64,000 bases of DNA from Polyangiales bacterium (lineage in GTDB: Bacteria > Myxococcota_A > Polyangia > Polyangiales > Polyangiaceae). A model generated the notes under the pieces. It did not search any database. It saw nothing but the letters and a program-made list of their open reading frames with translations, and had not been told where the DNA came from. Shown piece after piece: positions 20,880-30,557 of the stretch. The position numbers and the translations under genes are program-made. The stretch spans positions 1 through 64,000 of the forward strand of contig JBBRLQ010000035.1 of NCBI GenBank assembly GCA_038231275.1. Direction: 5' to 3'. Within the stretch, counting starts at the first letter, position 1, and each line of letters opens with the position of its first letter.

Positions 20880-22151
20880 TCATTGGAACGTGATCGGAAA
20901 GAGCAGGCTCTCCGTCGTCCAGACCGTCCCGTTCGCGGCGGGCGCGCTCTTTTGCCAAGCCCCCCAGTAGTAGGTGGTGCCGAGCTTGGCATTGCCTGCG
21001 TTGCCGCCGAATGCGCCGTCCCACGTCGCGCTCGTCGTGGCGGTGAAGGGTCCCCAGTAGAGCGGATCGTTGCCGGCGACCGTGGTGCCGATGACGGCGA
21101 CCGACGCGGCGGTGGAGCCGGGAACGATCGAGTAGGTGAACGTCACCGGCAGCGTCGCGGTGCCGCCGGTCGGAGCCATTTTTGCGTAGTCGGCGGCGGG
21201 GTAGGCGACGTCGGCAGGATCGAGCGCCACGTCGGCCGCGGCGACCGTGAGGCCCGTGCGCGCGATGCCGACCGACGGGGTGGTCGTCGGATCGGGGTAA
21301 CCCGCGTCGGCGTCGAGCTTGAACGGGTAGCGCACGATGACCTGAAACGGACCGGGCGCGACCGGGAAATCGAAGGTCCCGTCCGCGGCGCTCTCTGCGA
21401 AGTTTGCGGTCGTATGCTCGGACAGGACGCCGCCGCCTGCCTTCAAGAGCTCGCCGGCCTCGAGGTCGACCGCGAAGCAGGGCTGCGCGGCGCCGGCGAA
21501 CGCGACCTTTCCGCGCACGTGGAAGATCGGCGCCGCGACCTGCGGCACCGTGACGGACGAGACGCTGCGCTTGAGCGGCGCTTGCGCCGGCGGCGGGACG
21601 AACTGCGGGTTCTCTTGGTCGAGCAAGTACTGCCCGTCCTTCACGAGCCCGTCGGCGCTGCCATGCACACGGTACATATACGGGTACGTGCCGTTCGCGA
21701 GCGCGGCGGTGGCCGTGAACGTGCCGGTGCCGTCGCCCGTGAGCGAGACGAATGGCTGCGTCCAGTCCGACGCTTGCCCGAAGCCGCCGTACACGTCGAC
21801 GCCAGTGACGCCGCTCCACTGCGCGCGGAAACAAAAGCTCGCGTGGCCGGCCGCGCCGCTCGGGGCCGGGCACGCGCTCGGGGCCGGGGGCGCTTTGGTG
21901 ACCGCGCAGGTGAACGTCAGGGCGTTGCCGTTCGGGCCGCCGTCGGGAGTGCCGCCGCCGCCGTCGGGAGTGCCGCCGCCGTCGACGATCGCCCCGTCCG
22001 GTGAGGTAGTGCCGCCACCGTCGTCGCCGCCGCCCGACGCGTCGTTTCCAGACCCGCCCGAGAGCGCGCCCGTCGTGTCGGACGAGCACGCCGCGACCGC
22101 GAAAGGCCACACGAGGCCGGCGAGCGCCAGGAGCCGAAGCGCGGGCCTCAC
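20880..22151 (-). CDS. Lipoprotein with a CBM48/AMPK-like glycogen-binding-type beta domain
   Basis: Lipobox VAAC, Gly/Asp linker, VDVYGGF..DW...LTGDGTGTFTATAALANGTYPYMYRV. GTGA overlap with the upstream gene. Confidence 0.65.
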   Translation of the reverse strand: MRPALRLLALAGLVWPFAVAACSSDTTGALSGGSGNDASGGGDDGGGTTSPDGAIVDGGGTPDGGGGTPDGGPNGNALTFTCAVTKAPPAPSACPAPSGAAGHASFCFRAQWSGVTGVDVYGGFGQASDWTQPFVSLTGDGTGTFTATAALANGTYPYMYRVHGSADGLVKDGQYLLDQENPQFVPPPAQAPLKRSVSSVTVPQVAAPIFHVRGKVAFAGAAQPCFAVDLEAGELLKAGGGVLSEHTTANFAESAADGTFDFPVAPGPFQVIVRYPFKLDADAGYPDPTTTPSVGIARTGLTVAAADVALDPADVAYPAADYAKMAPTGGTATLPVTFTYSIVPGSTAASVAVIGTTVAGNDPLYWGPFTATTSATWDGAFGGNAGNAKLGTTYYWGAWQKSAPAANGTVWTTESLLFPITFQ

Positions 22152-23464
22152 GCCAACGCTCCTTGAACGACCGCGCCGCCCGAGATCGCCGACGTGTCGG
22201 CGCCGACGGACGCGAGCATCGTCTTGCCGAACGCCGCGAGCGACTGGATTGGGCTCACGTCGCCGCCCGCGCTGCCCGCGCCGGTCTTCGAGTCGATCGC
22301 CGTGCAGCCGTAGTCCCCCTTCACCGGCGCCACGCCGCCGACGACGCCGGCCCTCCACGGTTTGCCAATCGTGATCGACGTCTGCCAATTGGCGTTGTGC
22401 GTGCGGCCGTTCGTGTACTTCGCGCCGGCGGTGCGGCCGAACACGTTGAGCGACATGAACGTGACCTTGTCGGAGAGTCCCGCGCTCTTCAGCGCTGCCA
22501 TGAGCGCGGCGATGCTCGCGACGCCGGCGAGCGTCTCGGAGGTCTCCCTCGCGAGCCCGCCGTCGGAGTGGTTGTCCCCGCCGAACGGGATGTGCATCGC
22601 GACGACCGGCGCCACGTTCATTTGGATGAGCGTGACCGCCGCGGTGATCTGCGACGCGACGCCATTGTCCTTGATGGCCGCGAGCTGACCGAGGAGATCC
22701 TGCCGGATGCTCCGCACCTGCGACTGCGTCGTGACCATTTGATCGATGTAGGCCTTCTGCGAGGGGGACGCGTCGTTCTTGTAGAGATCGTAAATCTGCG
22801 CCATCGACTGATCGCGCATCTTCTGGAGCGTGGTGAGCGCGCCGGCCGGATTCACGAGCGTGTCGCGCAGCGCGAGCGGGGGAATGATCGGCATCGTCTG
22901 GCCGTCGAACGCCAGCGCCTCGCCAGGGGTCGACGCGCCGATGCTGATGGGCTGCGCCTGCACCGTGCCGAGGCATGGCGCGACCGCCTTGGCGAGGAGC
23001 GACGGAAGCATCTCGTGCTTCACCGACGATCCCATCATCGCGAGAACGTCCGGCTCCTTCGGGTGCACCGGCGTGTTCGTCATGATGTGCCAAAAGAGCG
23101 TGCGATCGAGGACATCCTGCGGGAGGAGGCCTCCTTGCGCGGGCGTCGCCCATGGCTTCGCGGCGGTGACGGATTTTCCGCCCATCGTGAACGTCGTGGC
23201 CGCCATCTTCGCGTCCAGCGGATGGACGATGCCCGCGTCCTCGTACGTCCCCGGCACGTTCTGCCCGATGGGATCGCCGGCGCCTGAGGTCGCGAGGATG
23301 AAGTACTGCGCCTTGGCCGCGTCGGCGCAGCTGGGCACGTCCGCGAGGGCCTTGCGCGGGTCGAGGAAGAACGCCGCCGGGAGGCCGGTCGCCAACGCGC
23401 GCAAGCCGACGGCGCCGGCGCCGAAGAGCGTGGTCATGAGAGCCTGCCTACGAGAGATCGTCAT
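22148..23464 (-). CDS. Tat-exported DUF1501/DUF1552-like protein
   Basis: Tat-type SRRQAL signal; GGDNHSD, VFGRT and GRTHN motifs; AGGAG RBS. Confidence 0.75.
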   Translation of the reverse strand: MTISRRQALMTTLFGAGAVGLRALATGLPAAFFLDPRKALADVPSCADAAKAQYFILATSGAGDPIGQNVPGTYEDAGIVHPLDAKMAATTFTMGGKSVTAAKPWATPAQGGLLPQDVLDRTLFWHIMTNTPVHPKEPDVLAMMGSSVKHEMLPSLLAKAVAPCLGTVQAQPISIGASTPGEALAFDGQTMPIIPPLALRDTLVNPAGALTTLQKMRDQSMAQIYDLYKNDASPSQKAYIDQMVTTQSQVRSIRQDLLGQLAAIKDNGVASQITAAVTLIQMNVAPVVAMHIPFGGDNHSDGGLARETSETLAGVASIAALMAALKSAGLSDKVTFMSLNVFGRTAGAKYTNGRTHNANWQTSITIGKPWRAGVVGGVAPVKGDYGCTAIDSKTGAGSAGGDVSPIQSLAAFGKTMLASVGADTSAISGGAVVQGALA

Positions 23465-23475
23465 GGTCTTTCTCC

Positions 23476-25596
23476 TCACATGCCCATCGAGACGGCGGAC
23501 GGCGACATGCACGCCAGCGTGAACGTCGACTGCAGCGCGTCGGTGACGGTAAGCCCGCCCTGTTGCTTGGCCGCGTCGAAATGCGCGTGCAGGACGGTGC
23601 TCGCGGTGGCGGCGCGCGGATCAGAGGCGGTGAGGCCCATCACGAGCGCGACGAAGTCGGCGATCGCCGCGTCCGGCTGCGCGCTCGACCACGTCTTGGC
23701 GCCCGGCGGCGGCTTCTTCGCGTCGACGACGATGCCGGCGATCGTCTCGCACAGGTTCTCGACGCCGGCGCGATAGAACAAGGACGGCTGGTTCGGCACC
23801 ACCGGCGCGACGCTCCCCCGACCGTAGCCGTCGGACGGGAGGCCGGTCACGATCGCCAACGCGCCGGCGGGAGCGAGCGCGGCTTGCGCGGCGTCGAGGC
23901 CGCAGATGTCCGCGAAGCCGAAGCGCGCGTTCCACATCGCGCAGAGGTGATCGCGCCGGGCGACGGCGACCATCTCGCCGTTGGTCGTCGCGGTGACCGA
24001 CGACGCCGTGTGCGTCGTGATCGGCGACGTCACGAGCGCCTTGACGAGCGCGCTCCACGAGTAGCCGCTGGACGTGAATGCGTCGATGACCTTCCGCAGC
24101 TCGGGATCGCTCCCGACGCACGCCTCCGAGTCGACGTAGAAGCACAGCTTGTTCGCCCACGCCTCGGCCACCCGCGGATGCGACGCGAGCGTCCCGGCAA
24201 AATCGGAGATCGTCTTCACCTGCGCCTGCACGCCTTGGAACGCGAAGAGGCCCGGCTGGCTCGCGTACGTGGGGTCGACCTGCGTGTGGTAGTTCCACGA
24301 GTAGGTCGCGGCGAGGATGGATCGCGTCGGGTCGAGGAGCTGATGGCAGCTCACGCAGTCGGGGGTCGACGCGTGCGCCGAGTCGAGGCCCGGCGTGCTG
24401 GTCGGCACGGTCGGGTCGTTGCCGTCGATCTGCGCGCCCGTCGCGACGATGAGGGTCTGGTTGAGGGTCGCGCGCATCTGGTTGCTGTCGTTGGTCTGCC
24501 AGTTGGCGAAGAACGCCGGCGTCGAGAAGAAGCCGACGCGCGGCATGCCGAGGACCATCTCGCTCGCGCCGCGCAACTTCGACAGGTCGTAGAACGGCGT
24601 GGTCGCCTCGCCGCCAGCCGGGGCGCGGACGTTCACCATCGTCCAGTCGGAGAAGTCCGCGGCCTGGAGCTGCGCGCTCGCCGCCTTCTGACCGCCGCCG
24701 CTCGGGCACGCGGTGCCATCGGCGAGCTTGCGACCGGGGAGGACTCCGAAGAGGATGTCGTAGAGCGTGCTCGCGCGCGCCGGGTACGTGATGGGATCGG
24801 TCGCGCACCCCGCTCCCCCGCCGAGCTGCGCGACGTCGGGGTCCTGAAAATGCATGTAATTTGCACTCGTCGGATCGAACGACGACGAGGGCGGCGAAAC
24901 AGGCGCGGTCTGGACGGTGATCGTGAGGTTGGGGTTCGCGATCTGGAACGCGTCCTTGAGGCGCCCCGCGTCGTCGATCTGCCAGACGTCGAGGAGGCCG
25001 TAGAACACCTTGAGGGCCGTCGTCATCGCGAACGACGTCGTGCTCATCGCGCGCGTGAAGGGCTGCGACTGCATCGCGGGGTCGAGCATCGTGCGCGCGA
25101 AGCTCTCCTGCACGCTCTGGAGGAAGAGCGCTTGCGTCGCGCGGTTCGGATCGAGCTGGAGTTGGCCGGGGTTCAGCTGATCGCCGAAGTCGCCCGCCGA
25201 GATCTGCGTCTGCTGGAACGCGAGCTGGAAGAAGCGGCGCATCTTCGTCTCGTACTGCGGGAGCTTCATCCACGCGTCGACGAGCACGCCGAGGTGCGAC
25301 GGATCGGCGACGACCGATTTCATCTCGTCGTCGGTCGGCGGCAGGCCGACGAGCACGTTCTTCACCTTCGCGACGTAGACGTAGGGCGAATCGGGCGCGA
25401 ACGGCAGCGGGGCCGGACCTCCGCCGTCGTCGCCGATCCCTCCCTCTCCACCCTTTCCGCCGTCCGCGTTCGTGCCGTCACCCGGGCCGCCCGGACCGTC
25501 GGAGGCGCCGGAGCTGCCGAAGCACGCCGCCGCGCCCGCGAGCGCGAGGGGCATGAGCGAGACGAGAAGGGAGCGGCGCGAGGAAGAGGACGACAT
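23476..25596 (-). CDS. Large lipoprotein with a single CxxCH motif (DUF1549/DUF1585/DUF1592-type)
   Basis: Lipobox AAAC; KVKNVLVGLPPT; HASTPDCVSCHQLLDP; co-transcribed with the Tat protein. Confidence 0.75.
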   Translation of the reverse strand: MSSSSSRRSLLVSLMPLALAGAAACFGSSGASDGPGGPGDGTNADGGKGGEGGIGDDGGGPAPLPFAPDSPYVYVAKVKNVLVGLPPTDDEMKSVVADPSHLGVLVDAWMKLPQYETKMRRFFQLAFQQTQISAGDFGDQLNPGQLQLDPNRATQALFLQSVQESFARTMLDPAMQSQPFTRAMSTTSFAMTTALKVFYGLLDVWQIDDAGRLKDAFQIANPNLTITVQTAPVSPPSSSFDPTSANYMHFQDPDVAQLGGGAGCATDPITYPARASTLYDILFGVLPGRKLADGTACPSGGGQKAASAQLQAADFSDWTMVNVRAPAGGEATTPFYDLSKLRGASEMVLGMPRVGFFSTPAFFANWQTNDSNQMRATLNQTLIVATGAQIDGNDPTVPTSTPGLDSAHASTPDCVSCHQLLDPTRSILAATYSWNYHTQVDPTYASQPGLFAFQGVQAQVKTISDFAGTLASHPRVAEAWANKLCFYVDSEACVGSDPELRKVIDAFTSSGYSWSALVKALVTSPITTHTASSVTATTNGEMVAVARRDHLCAMWNARFGFADICGLDAAQAALAPAGALAIVTGLPSDGYGRGSVAPVVPNQPSLFYRAGVENLCETIAGIVVDAKKPPPGAKTWSSAQPDAAIADFVALVMGLTASDPRAATASTVLHAHFDAAKQQGGLTVTDALQSTFTLACMSPSAVSMGM

Positions 25597-25609
25597 GCGC
25601 TACCTCCAG

Positions 25610-25625
25610 TGCAAAGCCGACACCA
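25610..25625 (-). promoter_or_regulatory. Putative sigma54 promoter
   Basis: TGGTGTCGGCTTTGCA (GG-N10-GC) just upstream of ATG 25596. Confidence 0.45.
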
Positions 25626-25775
25626 GCGAGCGCGCGCGCAACGACGGTGCGGATGCGGCGCAGGGGCGCCGACCTTTCCGGAGCTTAGGGCGCTTGCGTC
25701 CACCCTGGACGCAAGCGCCGCCACGTCCTTCGAGGACATGCCCCACGTCCTCCGAGGACGCGGCAGGGACGGCGG

Positions 25776-26417
25776 CTACGCCTTCCGAGCGAAGCGCAGG
25801 CGGTTCACGGGGAGGCCGTCCTTGATCGCGCGGTGCTCGCGCGGGCTGCGCGCGCCGTATGGATTCTCTGCCATGCGCGCGCTGCCGGGCGCATCGCCGG
25901 CGGGCGCGAAGAGGCCGGACGCGATCACTTGGTCCTCGTACTGCGCGGCGCGCTCGTCGACGTCGGTCTGCACGTAGAGCTCACCGCCCGCGATGAGGAG
26001 GCGCGCGATCTGCTCCAGGAACACGTCGCCCATCACGAGGCGCTTGGTGTGCCGCTTCTTCCACCACGGATCGGGAAAGTGGAGGTACGCGACCTTGAAG
26101 CCGCCGCTCGGCTGGAGGCGCGGGAGTGCGGATTTCGCGTCTTCGGCGAAGACGCGCGCGCGCGCCGCGAGTCCATGCTTAGCGAGGCGCCCGTCGACGA
26201 TCGCCGCCCACTTGCGGCGCACCTCGAGGCCGATGAGGCCCGCGTTCGGCGCCGCGACGGCGCGCTCGAACATGAAACCGCCGCGGCCGGGGCCGATCTC
26301 GATCTCGAGCCACTCGCCGCGGACGAGCGTGCGCGCGTCGACCGTCTCCCCCTCGGGCAGACGCGGCGCGTCCTCGTAGGGGCGCGGGCGGCGAGGCTTT
26401 TCGACGGCGTCGATCAT
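25776..26417 (-). CDS. trmB: tRNA (guanine-N7)-methyltransferase
   Basis: EIGPGRG, GLE, FPDPWWKKRHTKR, QTD. Confidence 0.93.
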   Translation of the reverse strand: MIDAVEKPRRPRPYEDAPRLPEGETVDARTLVRGEWLEIEIGPGRGGFMFERAVAAPNAGLIGLEVRRKWAAIVDGRLAKHGLAARARVFAEDAKSALPRLQPSGGFKVAYLHFPDPWWKKRHTKRLVMGDVFLEQIARLLIAGGELYVQTDVDERAAQYEDQVIASGLFAPAGDAPGSARMAENPYGARSPREHRAIKDGLPVNRLRFARKA

Positions 26418-26441
26418 CGCGGAGCGCGTCGACTTAGCACA

Positions 26442-28304
26442 TCACTTCGGCGGAGGCGTCGCGCACTTTCCGTTGATGCACTCGTACCCCTTGCAGCAGT
26501 CGCCGGTGGTCGTGCACTTGTCGTACTCGTTGGCGCAGCCCTTCGAGCTCGGCGCGCAGACCGGGCCGCTCGGACCTTGGATGCAATAGCCGCCGCAGCA
26601 CTGATCGCCGGCGCTGCACGACTCGCCGTCGCCCTCGCACGGCTCGAGAACCCAGAAGCCGCGGAGGTTGTCGGCGTTCGCTTCCTGCCCGTCGAGGTAG
26701 AACGCCGGGTGACTGCCGTCGGTGCCGGAGGGCGCGCCGACGTCGAGCGCGGCGACCCACAGCTTTCCGTTCTGATCGTTGTTGTCCTTCGACGGCAGCG
26801 TGTTTCCGTAGGAGCGGTGGCTCGTGAAGACGACCCAGAAGTAGCCGCCGACCGCCTCCGGCAAGAGCGTCGGCGCGAAGTTGAGATCGGGATCCGCGGC
26901 AGGCAAGTACGAGCCCGCGCCGCCGTAGCCATCGAGCTTGTCGAGGCGCACGGATTTCTTCGTCGCCAGATCGACGGCGAAGAGATCGCCGGACGCGGGG
27001 ACGACCGAGTCACCATCGGCGTCGGTCTCGAAGAGCGCGCTCGAGCCGGCGTGGTAGACGACGACCGCGCCGTCCGGCGTGAACGCGGGCCATCCGAGGT
27101 AGCGCGCGGGATCGTTGGCGACGTCGGTGAGACCGCCGAACGAGCGCGGCGCGGCGGTGTACGTCATCGTCGCGAGGGTGTGCCCGCCGCCGGTGTCCTC
27201 GTGGTTGAAGACGATTTGCTTTCCGTCGGGCGAGAACGCCGGCATCGCGGCGTTCTTGATCACGCCGTCCCACCCGGGCGCGGGCAGCGCGGTGCCGGTC
27301 TTGGTCTCGTACAGCTTCGACGGCGCACCGAACCACGTGCGGTAGTTCGTCGCCGACATGACGATGCTACCGTCCGGAAAGAGGCCGCCGTAGACGAACG
27401 CTTGATCCGGCTGCGACTTGAGCGGGGTCGGGGTGCCCTTCAGCGAGTAGCTGATGCTGGAGACACCCGCGAAGCCGTTGGCCGAGACGAGCGTCGATCC
27501 GTCGGCGCTCGCGGTGTGGCAGACGTTGCCGCAGCCGCTCGCGATGGGGACCGGCGCGCTGGCGCCTGGCGCAATCTTCATGATGCCGACCGACGCAGGG
27601 CCGCCCAAGATCTGCGAGCCGTACGTCTCGTAATAGATGACACCGCGGAGGCTCCCTTGCGCGACCGTCCACGTCTCGGTGACGGGGCCGGTGATCGCGG
27701 CGCCGGCTTTTTTCGTGACGTCGACGAGGAGCGGCTCTTTGGGGCCGGCCGCCAGCGTGATCGCGAGCCACGCCTTGGGCGAAGGGCGGGCGCGGCCTGG
27801 GCTCGACGCGCCGAAGTAGCCCTTGTAGTCGATCGCGCTCGCGTGGATGTGCACGAGCATCGCGTCGGGCGCGGTGCCGGCCATCTGCACCGTCGGCGGG
27901 AGGAGGCCGCGCGGGAAGACCGTCGCGTCGTACGGGTAGAGGAACTTGAACGCGGCGTCGCCGGTTCCGCCGCCGCCGAGGCCGCCTTGGGTGCCGGGAT
28001 CGACGTTGCCAGGGTTCTCGACGAGCGTGCACTTGGTGCCGTCCCACGTGCCGCCGGCGAGGGTGCATGCGCACTTCGGATCGTTGCAGCCCGGAGGCCT
28101 CGGGGGGCTCCCGTCGCCGCTGCTGCTTCCGCCTTCGCCGCCGAACGTGGCCCCGTCGAAATCGGCGCTGCCGTCACCCCCGCCGCTACTCCCGCTGCTG
28201 GCGCCGTCGAAGCCATGCGAGGAGCGGCCGCACGCGCCGGCGAGCGATGCCGAGAGGACGAGGGCGAAACCGAGGGCGGCGTAACGCGAGATTCCGCGGA
28301 TCAT
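26442..28304 (-). CDS. Lipoprotein with TolB/PD40-like propeller repeats and a Cys-rich C-terminus
   Basis: Lipobox LAGAC; YPYDATVFPRGL; PAFSPDG and PAFTPDG repeats; WVVFTSHR; two CC-containing Cys modules at the end. Confidence 0.85.
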   Translation of the reverse strand: MIRGISRYAALGFALVLSASLAGACGRSSHGFDGASSGSSGGGDGSADFDGATFGGEGGSSSGDGSPPRPPGCNDPKCACTLAGGTWDGTKCTLVENPGNVDPGTQGGLGGGGTGDAAFKFLYPYDATVFPRGLLPPTVQMAGTAPDAMLVHIHASAIDYKGYFGASSPGRARPSPKAWLAITLAAGPKEPLLVDVTKKAGAAITGPVTETWTVAQGSLRGVIYYETYGSQILGGPASVGIMKIAPGASAPVPIASGCGNVCHTASADGSTLVSANGFAGVSSISYSLKGTPTPLKSQPDQAFVYGGLFPDGSIVMSATNYRTWFGAPSKLYETKTGTALPAPGWDGVIKNAAMPAFSPDGKQIVFNHEDTGGGHTLATMTYTAAPRSFGGLTDVANDPARYLGWPAFTPDGAVVVYHAGSSALFETDADGDSVVPASGDLFAVDLATKKSVRLDKLDGYGGAGSYLPAADPDLNFAPTLLPEAVGGYFWVVFTSHRSYGNTLPSKDNNDQNGKLWVAALDVGAPSGTDGSHPAFYLDGQEANADNLRGFWVLEPCEGDGESCSAGDQCCGGYCIQGPSGPVCAPSSKGCANEYDKCTTTGDCCKGYECINGKCATPPPK

Positions 28305-28364
28305 CCCAAGACCTCCGCGCGCACTCTAACCCCTTTGGCGCAAAGCGGTACTATCCGCACGGCC

Positions 28365-30416
28365 ATGACGCGCGCGCACGACGACGACGCTCGGACGCCC
28401 GCGTGGAAGAAGGTGCTGCCGTTCGCGCTCCCCGCGGCGGCGCTCTTCTGGGTGTGCGCGGCGCGGGTGGTCGGGAAGGTCGGGCACGCGGCGGCGTCGC
28501 TCGACGACGCGTACATCCATTTTCAGTACGCGCGCGCGTTCGCCGAGGGGCATCCTCTGCGTTACCACGCGGGCGATCCGGTCTCGAGCGGCGCGACGAG
28601 CCTCTTGTGGCCTGCGACGCTCGCGCCGTTCTGGCTGCTCGGCTTGCGGGAAGGTCGGCTGGTGTGGGCGGCGTGGGCGCTGTCGTTCGCGGCGCTCGGC
28701 GCGCTGTCGTACGAGGTCTTTCGTCTCACGCGGCGCCTCACCGGGCTTCCGTCGGCGGTCTCTGCGAGCGCGATGGTGTTCGCGTCGAGCGCGCTCGTGT
28801 GGAGCGCGGCGAGTGGGATGGAGGTCGTGCCGCTCGCGTGGATGATCGCGCGGACGGTCCGCGTCTCGAGCGAGTGGGCGGAGGCGCTGCCCGCCGAGCG
28901 CACGGTGCGGACACGGCGCGAGCTCGTGCTCCTCGCGTTCGCGCTCCCGCTCATGCGGCCGGAAGGGGCCATTTTTTCGCTGTTCGCGGGCGCGACGCTC
29001 GCGCGGTTTCCACGCGACGGGTCTCGCGTCGAGCGCGCGAAGGCGCTGCCCGCCCTGCTCGCTCCTCTTCTCTTGCCGCTCCTCCTCCTCGTGACGACCG
29101 GGACGGCGCGCTCGTCGACGATGGAGGTGAAGCTCCTCGCGTACAGCCCTTACTACCCGGCGGGGGTCTTCGCCGACACGGTCATCGCCAACGTCCGCGT
29201 CTTGGTGGGCACGCTCCTGAACGGCGATGTATGGTCGCAGGAGTTTTTGCCCGCGCACGGGGCGCCGCTGTGGATGGGCGGGCTGGTCGCGATCGTCGCG
29301 ATGGGCCTCCAGCGTCGCGTGAAGTGGCGCGCGGCCGGCGTCCTCTTGATCGCGCTCGCGATGTTCGTGCCGTGCGTCTACGACACGTTCCTCTGGAATC
29401 GGCTGCGCTACTTGTGGCCCTTCTTCCCGGGCTGGCTCATCGGCGCGGCGTGCGCGGCGGAGCTCGTGTCCGACGTCCTCGCGTCGATCCGGCCGCGGTG
29501 GAAGGTGACCGGAGCGCTCCTCTGTGGCGCCGTCGTGGGCGCGCTGGCGATGCATCTGGATTTCGCGATCGACGACGTCGCGGAGTCGGCGAGCGGGATC
29601 GATCGCCAGCAAGCCGAGCTCGGTCGATGGGCCAAGCGGACGCTCCCTCCCGAAGCGCGCCTGGGTGTGAACGACACCGGCGCGATCGCGTACTTCGGCG
29701 AGCGGCGTACGTTCGACGTCGTCGGCCTCACAACGCCGGAGGAGGCGCGGTACTGGGTGGCCGGCGCCGGCTCGCGCCTCGAGCACTATGAGACGCTGCT
29801 GCGCGACGCGCCTTCGCGCTTGCCGACCCATTTCATCGTCTACCCGGAGTGGATGGTGTGCGACGCGGTGCTAGGACCGCTCCTCACCGAGGCCGTCGTG
29901 CGCGACGCGACGATCCTCGGCGGCCCCGTCATGCGCGCGTTCGACGCCGACTATTCGCGGCTGGGGAGCGGTGAGCGCCCGTGGTCGTCCGCCGGCGAGC
30001 CGAAGGATACTCTCGACGTCGCCGATCTCGAGAGCGAGCGCGCCCACGGGTACGAGCTGCTCGGCGCGGCGGCCGGCGAGCAGCTCGCGCGCGTCGGCGA
30101 GGCACCCGACAATCGACCGGTCGTCGACGGCGGCCGCACCAAACGCGCTCGCGAGCGCTTCTCGATACGGATCCCCGCGGGTGCAACGGCGCTCGTCGCG
30201 CGGGTGGAGGCCGAGGCGACCGCCCGCGCGCGCGTTTCGTTCGACGGCGCCGCGATCGGCACCCTCGACGTGCCGGGCGAGGGATGGAGCGAGGTGAGCC
30301 TGGATCTTCTCGTCCTCCCCGCCCTGCCCGCGCGCTCGGCTTCGCAGGGCGACTCCGTCCGCGTCGAGATCGCGAGCGACGTCCCGCTCACGGTCTACCA
30401 CTACTGGATCATGTGA
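28365..30416 (+). CDS. Polytopic membrane protein, probable GT-C fold glycosyltransferase
   Basis: LDDAYIHFQYAR after TM1, SGME, RPEG, RYL, DTGAIAYF..DVVGL; about 10 hydrophobic helices. Confidence 0.7.
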   Translation: MTRAHDDDARTPAWKKVLPFALPAAALFWVCAARVVGKVGHAAASLDDAYIHFQYARAFAEGHPLRYHAGDPVSSGATSLLWPATLAPFWLLGLREGRLVWAAWALSFAALGALSYEVFRLTRRLTGLPSAVSASAMVFASSALVWSAASGMEVVPLAWMIARTVRVSSEWAEALPAERTVRTRRELVLLAFALPLMRPEGAIFSLFAGATLARFPRDGSRVERAKALPALLAPLLLPLLLLVTTGTARSSTMEVKLLAYSPYYPAGVFADTVIANVRVLVGTLLNGDVWSQEFLPAHGAPLWMGGLVAIVAMGLQRRVKWRAAGVLLIALAMFVPCVYDTFLWNRLRYLWPFFPGWLIGAACAAELVSDVLASIRPRWKVTGALLCGAVVGALAMHLDFAIDDVAESASGIDRQQAELGRWAKRTLPPEARLGVNDTGAIAYFGERRTFDVVGLTTPEEARYWVAGAGSRLEHYETLLRDAPSRLPTHFIVYPEWMVCDAVLGPLLTEAVVRDATILGGPVMRAFDADYSRLGSGERPWSSAGEPKDTLDVADLESERAHGYELLGAAAGEQLARVGEAPDNRPVVDGGRTKRARERFSIRIPAGATALVARVEAEATARARVSFDGAAIGTLDVPGEGWSEVSLDLLVLPALPARSASQGDSVRVEIASDVPLTVYHYWIM

Positions 30417-30425
30417 ATCGATCGC

Positions 30426-30441
30426 CGGCACACCTGTTGCG
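30426..30441 (+). promoter_or_regulatory. Putative sigma54 promoter for the DUF2330 gene
   Basis: CGGCACACCTGTTGCG is close to the TGGCAC-N5-TTGC consensus. Confidence 0.6.
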
Positions 30442-30557
30442 TTATCGCGGCACGTGGACTTGCTTCTTCGCAATCTCAAGCATTCGGCGCATGGCGATCG
30501 AACAGCGGGTTACGCGCCCCTGTCACCGTTGTCATGCCTCGGGGAGGACTTCGCGTG

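Noticed and set aside
25833..30416. 1527-aa ORF as one giant protein
   Set aside because: The first ~840 codons are antisense shadow of trmB and the propeller lipoprotein. Protein-like sequence starts at ATG 28365.
30448..30464. Second tandem sigma54 promoter CGGCACGTGGACTTGCT
   Set aside because: The GG-to-GC spacing is 11 rather than the required 10 nt. Only the upstream copy was kept.
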